Source of the DNA: Octopus bimaculoides
Taxonomy: Eukaryota
Assembly: GCF_001194135.2 (NCBI RefSeq)
Contig: NC_069001.1
Location: 3,124,643 to 3,188,642, forward strand
Length of the DNA: 64,000 bases
Reading direction: 5' to 3'
Shown: in pieces, positions 62,901 through 64,000 of the stretch
How the letters are laid out: each line of letters opens with the position of its first letter
Numbering within the stretch: the first letter of the stretch is position 1
The notes under the pieces: generated by a model
What the model saw: the letters and a program-made list of their open reading frames with translations, nothing else
Databases searched by the model: none
What the model was told of the DNA's origin: nothing
Translations under genes and position numbers: made by a program

Positions 62901-63529
62901 GATGGTGATCGTGATGATGGTCATGATGCCCTTGCTAATGTCAAAAACCTTACAGTGTGTATTGAGTGCCTTTCCCATGGCACTGGTGAAGTCTCAAAAT
63001 GGTTAAGTTGAAAATTCTAAGAAACTTGTAAGATGTTCTCAGATCTTGTCTCCGTGATGTTGTCAGGTGATGTTGTCAGGTGATGTTGTCAGTTGTTTGG
63101 TTCAGAAGAAAATGGGCTAGGTTTGGCACTTCTTTCTGTCTTTGTTGGTACAAAGGCTGACCTTTGTTGGTTGGTTATTTATAGAGTGAAGAAAGAAGAG
63201 GAACAAAAAAAATGGAAGGAGAGAGAGAGAGAGAGAGAGAGAATAAATTAGGGGTGAGAGAAGGAGAGGAAGAAAGAATGGAAGATTAAAGGAAAGGAGA
63301 AAGACAGAAAGAAAATGAAGAAAGAAAGAAACAAATGAAGAATGCAGGAGAAGAGGGAAAAGAAAGACTTAAGGAAAGGGGAGAGAAGAGCAAGGAGTAA
63401 ATAAAAGGAAGGAAGGGAGGAAGGAAGGAAAGGGAGGGAGGGAGGGAGGAAAAGGAGGGAGGAAGACATGGAGAAAGAAAGAATATGAGGAAAGAAAATG
63501 AAAGCAAAAAAGAAAATATATATATAGAG

Positions 63530-63662
<133 letters not shown>

Positions 63663-64000
63663 ACAGAGAAAAGAAAGCAGGAAAAGAAGAAATAGAAAAT
63701 TTATTTATTTATTTATTAGTCATTTGAAGAAATGGTATATGACAAATGGTTAATGCAAAAAGAAAACCTTTTTTGTTCCTGACATTGTGTGTGTGTGAGA
63801 GAGAGAGAAAAACTGTGACACACAGACACACACACACATCTATACAGTCACCCTGTATTATAATATTCATATGTGATCAATCATACCCACACCTCTATAA
63901 GCTGGTGCTTTTTCCCTCTTGTTTTCAATTCAAATGTATGTCTATAGACTCGCTTCTTAACTGTGGAGAATTCTTGACAAATAGAGGAATATATGTTGGA

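Noticed and set aside
63053-63095. 13-bp tandem repeat (gatgttgtcaggt) x3
   Set aside because: An ordinary short slippage duplication with no further structure.

Overview
AT-rich eukaryotic genomic DNA from a gapped draft assembly, with about 20 N-runs and very dense (TA)n, (CA)n, (GA)n, (ATT)n and (CAT)n microsatellites. The repeat complement looks like an octopus genome (inference from recognising the SINE sequences; not verified by search). The only securely identifiable host gene is a class III myosin (MYO3/NINAC family). Three minus-strand exons (6114-6317, 5283-5455, 4845-4949) have canonical GT-AG sites and matching phases, and encode the N-lobe of its STE20-like kinase domain. I found no later exons in the readable sequence, so the gene most likely continues off the left edge. 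The rest is intronic or intergenic: at least four SINE-like families, RTE LINE fragments, restriction-like-endonuclease (R4/Dong-like) LINE fragments, a decayed Tc1/mariner transposase, a pogo/Tigger-like MITE carrying telomere-like repeats, hAT-like MITE pieces and a 31-bp minisatellite. Nearly all ORFs in the supplied track are microsatellite or N-gap artefacts. I see no clearly novel system. The two best leads are (1) the myosin III kinase frame is open right to its splice acceptor, and several CpG-retaining upstream islands carry phase-compatible ATG-to-donor mini-exons, suggesting alternative N-termini; and (2) all three R4/Dong-like LINE 3' ends sit in (TAA)n-type tracts next to oppositely oriented SINE copies. 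Repeat coordinates are approximate (about +/-10 bp).
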